A stretch of DNA of 32,000 nt from Candidatus Saccharimonadota bacterium (lineage in GTDB: Bacteria; Patescibacteriota; Saccharimonadia; Saccharimonadales; UBA4665): NCBI GenBank assembly GCA_016699955.1, contig CP064993.1, positions 90,001 through 122,000 on the forward strand, in the 5' to 3' direction. Below are positions 29,917-32,000 of this stretch, one piece after another. Position 1 is the first letter of the stretch; each line of letters starts with the position of its first letter. Both the position numbers and the translations under genes were made by a program. A model generated the notes under the pieces. It was not told the origin of the DNA and ran no database searches. It saw only the letters and a list, made by a program, of their open reading frames with translations.

Positions 29917-32000
29917 CTAACGGTGGATGCTGTAAGTTGGGCGGCGAAGATGCAGTTTAAGGATGGGGAGTGCCACGAGCATAAGTACCAGGAGTGCCGA
30001 GCTGGCGCCAATGCGAAAATCAACGAGTGATAGTAACGGAGTGGCGTTAGAAACTTCGGTACTTGCGCCGGCCACTGCCTGCCGCTCTGCGACAATACGG
30101 TACAATGCGCCGTCGCGGGCGTAATAGAGATCGCCCATGCTATTGATTGCAACCTGTGAACCGCTTGCAATCACGGTGTCATGAAAGTCACTAAGACGTA
30201 TTTGCATGATTTTACCGCTCACAGAGGCGTAAAGCTCGCCTTGGTGGAAAACAAGGTTTCCCGGAGCAGCGGTGTCATAAAATGCTTTCGTCTGAACCAC
30301 GGTTTTTGTTACCGTGTCTAGCTCAAACAAAGTGTTACCGGCAACGCCGTACAAATGTCCGTTTGGCCCAACGGCAAGGCTTGAGATACTTTTTGCTTTA
30401 GGCACTGGCGTTAGGCGCGCAGTGACGCTGCGGCTGTTTATGTCAAACGCAACGAGCGTCGCCCCACCTGAACTAGTTTCTTTCGCTTGTGGCACTGAGC
30501 CACCAGCGTAAACCGTTCCGCCCAAAAACACAGCACTTGCAAGCACCTGATCGGTCAGTATTGGCTGAGCCGAGACTTCGACTCTGTTTGTGGAGGTGTT
30601 GTATAGCCCTAGCGCTGCACTTGGCGTTTGACCCACTTGGCTGAGACCAAACGCAACCAGCTTGTTCCCTGCCTGCACCAGTGTTGTCACACTCCCAGCG
30701 CCTACTGATACGCTGTTTTCAAACCTGGGCGTACTCGTTTCATGACTTGGATCATACCGGGCAATGGTGCCCTCGCTCGTACCGGCGTAAACACCTGCTC
30801 CTGACGGCAGTAGAGCGGTTGTAGCACCACGGGAACTCGCAATCATTTTCCGGAGTGTTGTTTTGTCACGGTCAAGCTGAAGCGTCGTTGCACGAGTCGT
30901 ACTCGCGGCGGCGTACACCGTGTCGTCCGGCGCGACTACCAACGCCGAAACCGGCTGATAGCCCCCTACTAGTGGCGAAGGTGTTGCCACCTCAACCTTA
31001 CGGGTCGTAGACCGAGCAATGCCTAGTCTGCCTTCTGGACTGTAGACTACGCAGCGCGTAGCGTCTATCCAGCAGTTTCCGCTAACTGGTTGCAAAGCAT
31101 GGTCAGTGCCAAAACTGGTGGTCGACTTCACAGCCGCGTCATACTGCTTGAGCGCTCCGTAGTAGATGTGTGACGGCACAACTTCGGGCACAACCGCTAC
31201 AGTTGGCTGGGTTTGGGTTGCCTGGGCTGGCACCGCGTTCGCTGGCGCTGGAGTCGTTTGTGACGGTGCATCCGGTTTTGTCTCTGCCGTACGTGTACTG
31301 TTTTGGTTGCCGTTCTGGGTAGTAACGGTACCCGTTTGAGACTGCGTAGGCGGTTGGTTGGCGGTAGGTTCGGTTTGGGGCACTTGTTGCGGCGTGATTT
31401 GTTCCGGCTGCGCTACGGGTTTTTCCGATACTACTGGCGCTGGTGCTGGCTTTGGTAGCGGAAATGGTAGCGATACTCGTCCAAAAACGGGTTGGCTGTC
31501 TACTAGCTGCAACGTTTTAAGGTTATAGGCCAATGTTTGGGCGCTCACTCCGGTTGCTGTGACGTAAAGATACTCTCCGGAGATGGCATCTACTTTTAAG
31601 CTGGTTGTACCGGTAGGTAAACCCGCTAGACTCAGCTGTTGCCCGGAACCGCCAGATGCCGCAAATACCGATATCGATGGGCTAGCGCTGCTGCCAGTAA
31701 AGAGCTTGTTGTCGTAGTAGGCTAAACCGCTGGCTTGCGGCACCTGACCAACTTGACGCCAGTCCGCCGTGACGGGGTTAAATCCATATATGTACTCACC
31801 GCCAGTTGCCCTAGCGGTAACATACACCGTGGTTGGGTCGCCTCCTGTAGTAGCAGTGCCAAAGGAAAGGCCGCTAACCGCTGGTACAGTTTGTTCGATG
31901 ACGGTCAGCTTGTCTGGATCTACATCGTAAACAAACCCCGTCGACGTGCCAATAAAGACATGTCGATTTGGCAGAGTTGCGTAGGCTTCGGCGCTGACGT
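29917..32000 (-). CDS. Large beta-propeller-like repeat surface protein with P/T/Q-rich linker and C-terminal membrane anchor (N-terminus beyond the right edge)
   Basis: The track lists 29917..31827, but its start is an internal GTG. My translation of 31828-32000(-) stays open (...VSAEAYATLPNRHVFIGTSTGFVYDVDPDKLTVIEQTVPAVSGLSFGTATTGGDPTTVYVTARATGGEY). Recurrent blade-like strands are seen: VYAGGS, LYGVAGN, LYASVSG, LYYARDGALYRI, VYAGTSEGTIARY. There is a ~95-aa PAPAP/TQ-rich linker (DNA ~31190-31470). The C-terminus is ...ALLVLMLVALPILKLHLRRPTYSIHR. Confidence 0.75.
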   Translation of the reverse strand, partial: VSAEAYATLPNRHVFIGTSTGFVYDVDPDKLTVIEQTVPAVSGLSFGTATTGGDPTTVYVTARATGGEYIYGFNPVTADWRQVGQVPQASGLAYYDNKLFTGSSASPSISVFAASGGSGQQLSLAGLPTGTTSLKVDAISGEYLYVTATGVSAQTLAYNLKTLQLVDSQPVFGRVSLPFPLPKPAPAPVVSEKPVAQPEQITPQQVPQTEPTANQPPTQSQTGTVTTQNGNQNSTRTAETKPDAPSQTTPAPANAVPAQATQTQPTVAVVPEVVPSHIYYGALKQYDAAVKSTTSFGTDHALQPVSGNCWIDATRCVVYSPEGRLGIARSTTRKVEVATPSPLVGGYQPVSALVVAPDDTVYAAASTTRATTLQLDRDKTTLRKMIASSRGATTALLPSGAGVYAGTSEGTIARYDPSHETSTPRFENSVSVGAGSVTTLVQAGNKLVAFGLSQVGQTPSAALGLYNTSTNRVEVSAQPILTDQVLASAVFLGGTVYAGGSVPQAKETSSGGATLVAFDINSRSVTARLTPVPKAKSISSLAVGPNGHLYGVAGNTLFELDTVTKTVVQTKAFYDTAAPGNLVFHQGELYASVSGKIMQIRLSDFHDTVIASGSQVAINSMGDLYYARDGALYRIVAERQAVAGASTEVSNATPLLSLVDFRIGASSALLVLMLVALPILKLHLRRPTYSIHR

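Noticed and set aside
1-32000. CRISPR arrays, rRNA or tRNA genes, prophage or defence-system hallmark genes
   Set aside because: I saw no regularly spaced direct repeats and no rRNA- or tRNA-like conserved segments in any intergenic gap. I found no recognisable Cas, restriction, reverse-transcriptase, integrase or terminase motifs in any frame I read. Absence by eye is not proof.

Overview
This is a gene-dense bacterial window of about 27 protein genes. Many genes overlap by 1-30 nt, and UAA, UAG and UGA all act as stops. The gene content points to a reduced-genome monoderm, plausibly Patescibacteria/Saccharibacteria-like: a short AlaRS, an alaS..ruvX-mltG block, Gram-positive-type wall enzymes and many lineage-specific orphans. 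That assignment is inference only.

Layout:
- 1-8.9 kb: a minus-strand housekeeping run of LysM protein, mltG, ruvX, a 611-aa bitopic membrane protein, an FtsA-like ATPase, alaS and a beta-lactamase-fold serine hydrolase.
- 9.3-10.2 kb: an amidase_3 lipoprotein.
- 10.4-16.4 kb: four orphan proteins with no motif I can recognise. One is divergent, and three are co-directional with tight or overlapping junctions and good SD sites. They flank a 454-bp AT-rich control region.
- 16.4-16.9 kb: a 497-bp convergent non-coding gap packed with hairpins. It is organised as two tandem modules whose stems differ but stay complementary. This is my best candidate for something undescribed (a structured RNA or repeat element).
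- 16.9-24.1 kb: a six-gene minus-strand envelope operon of NodB deacetylase, three unknown exported proteins, an 879-aa CHAP+SLT hydrolase and a PG-binding lipoprotein.
- 24.1-28.2 kb: an apparently intact IS30 element, a class A PBP, and a decayed IS982-family transposase relic.
- 28.2-32 kb: three small membrane-anchored unknowns and a large tail-anchored beta-propeller surface protein that is open at the right edge.

I recognised no rRNA, tRNA or CRISPR array. No database search or folding program was run. All calls rest on reading translations and motifs by eye.
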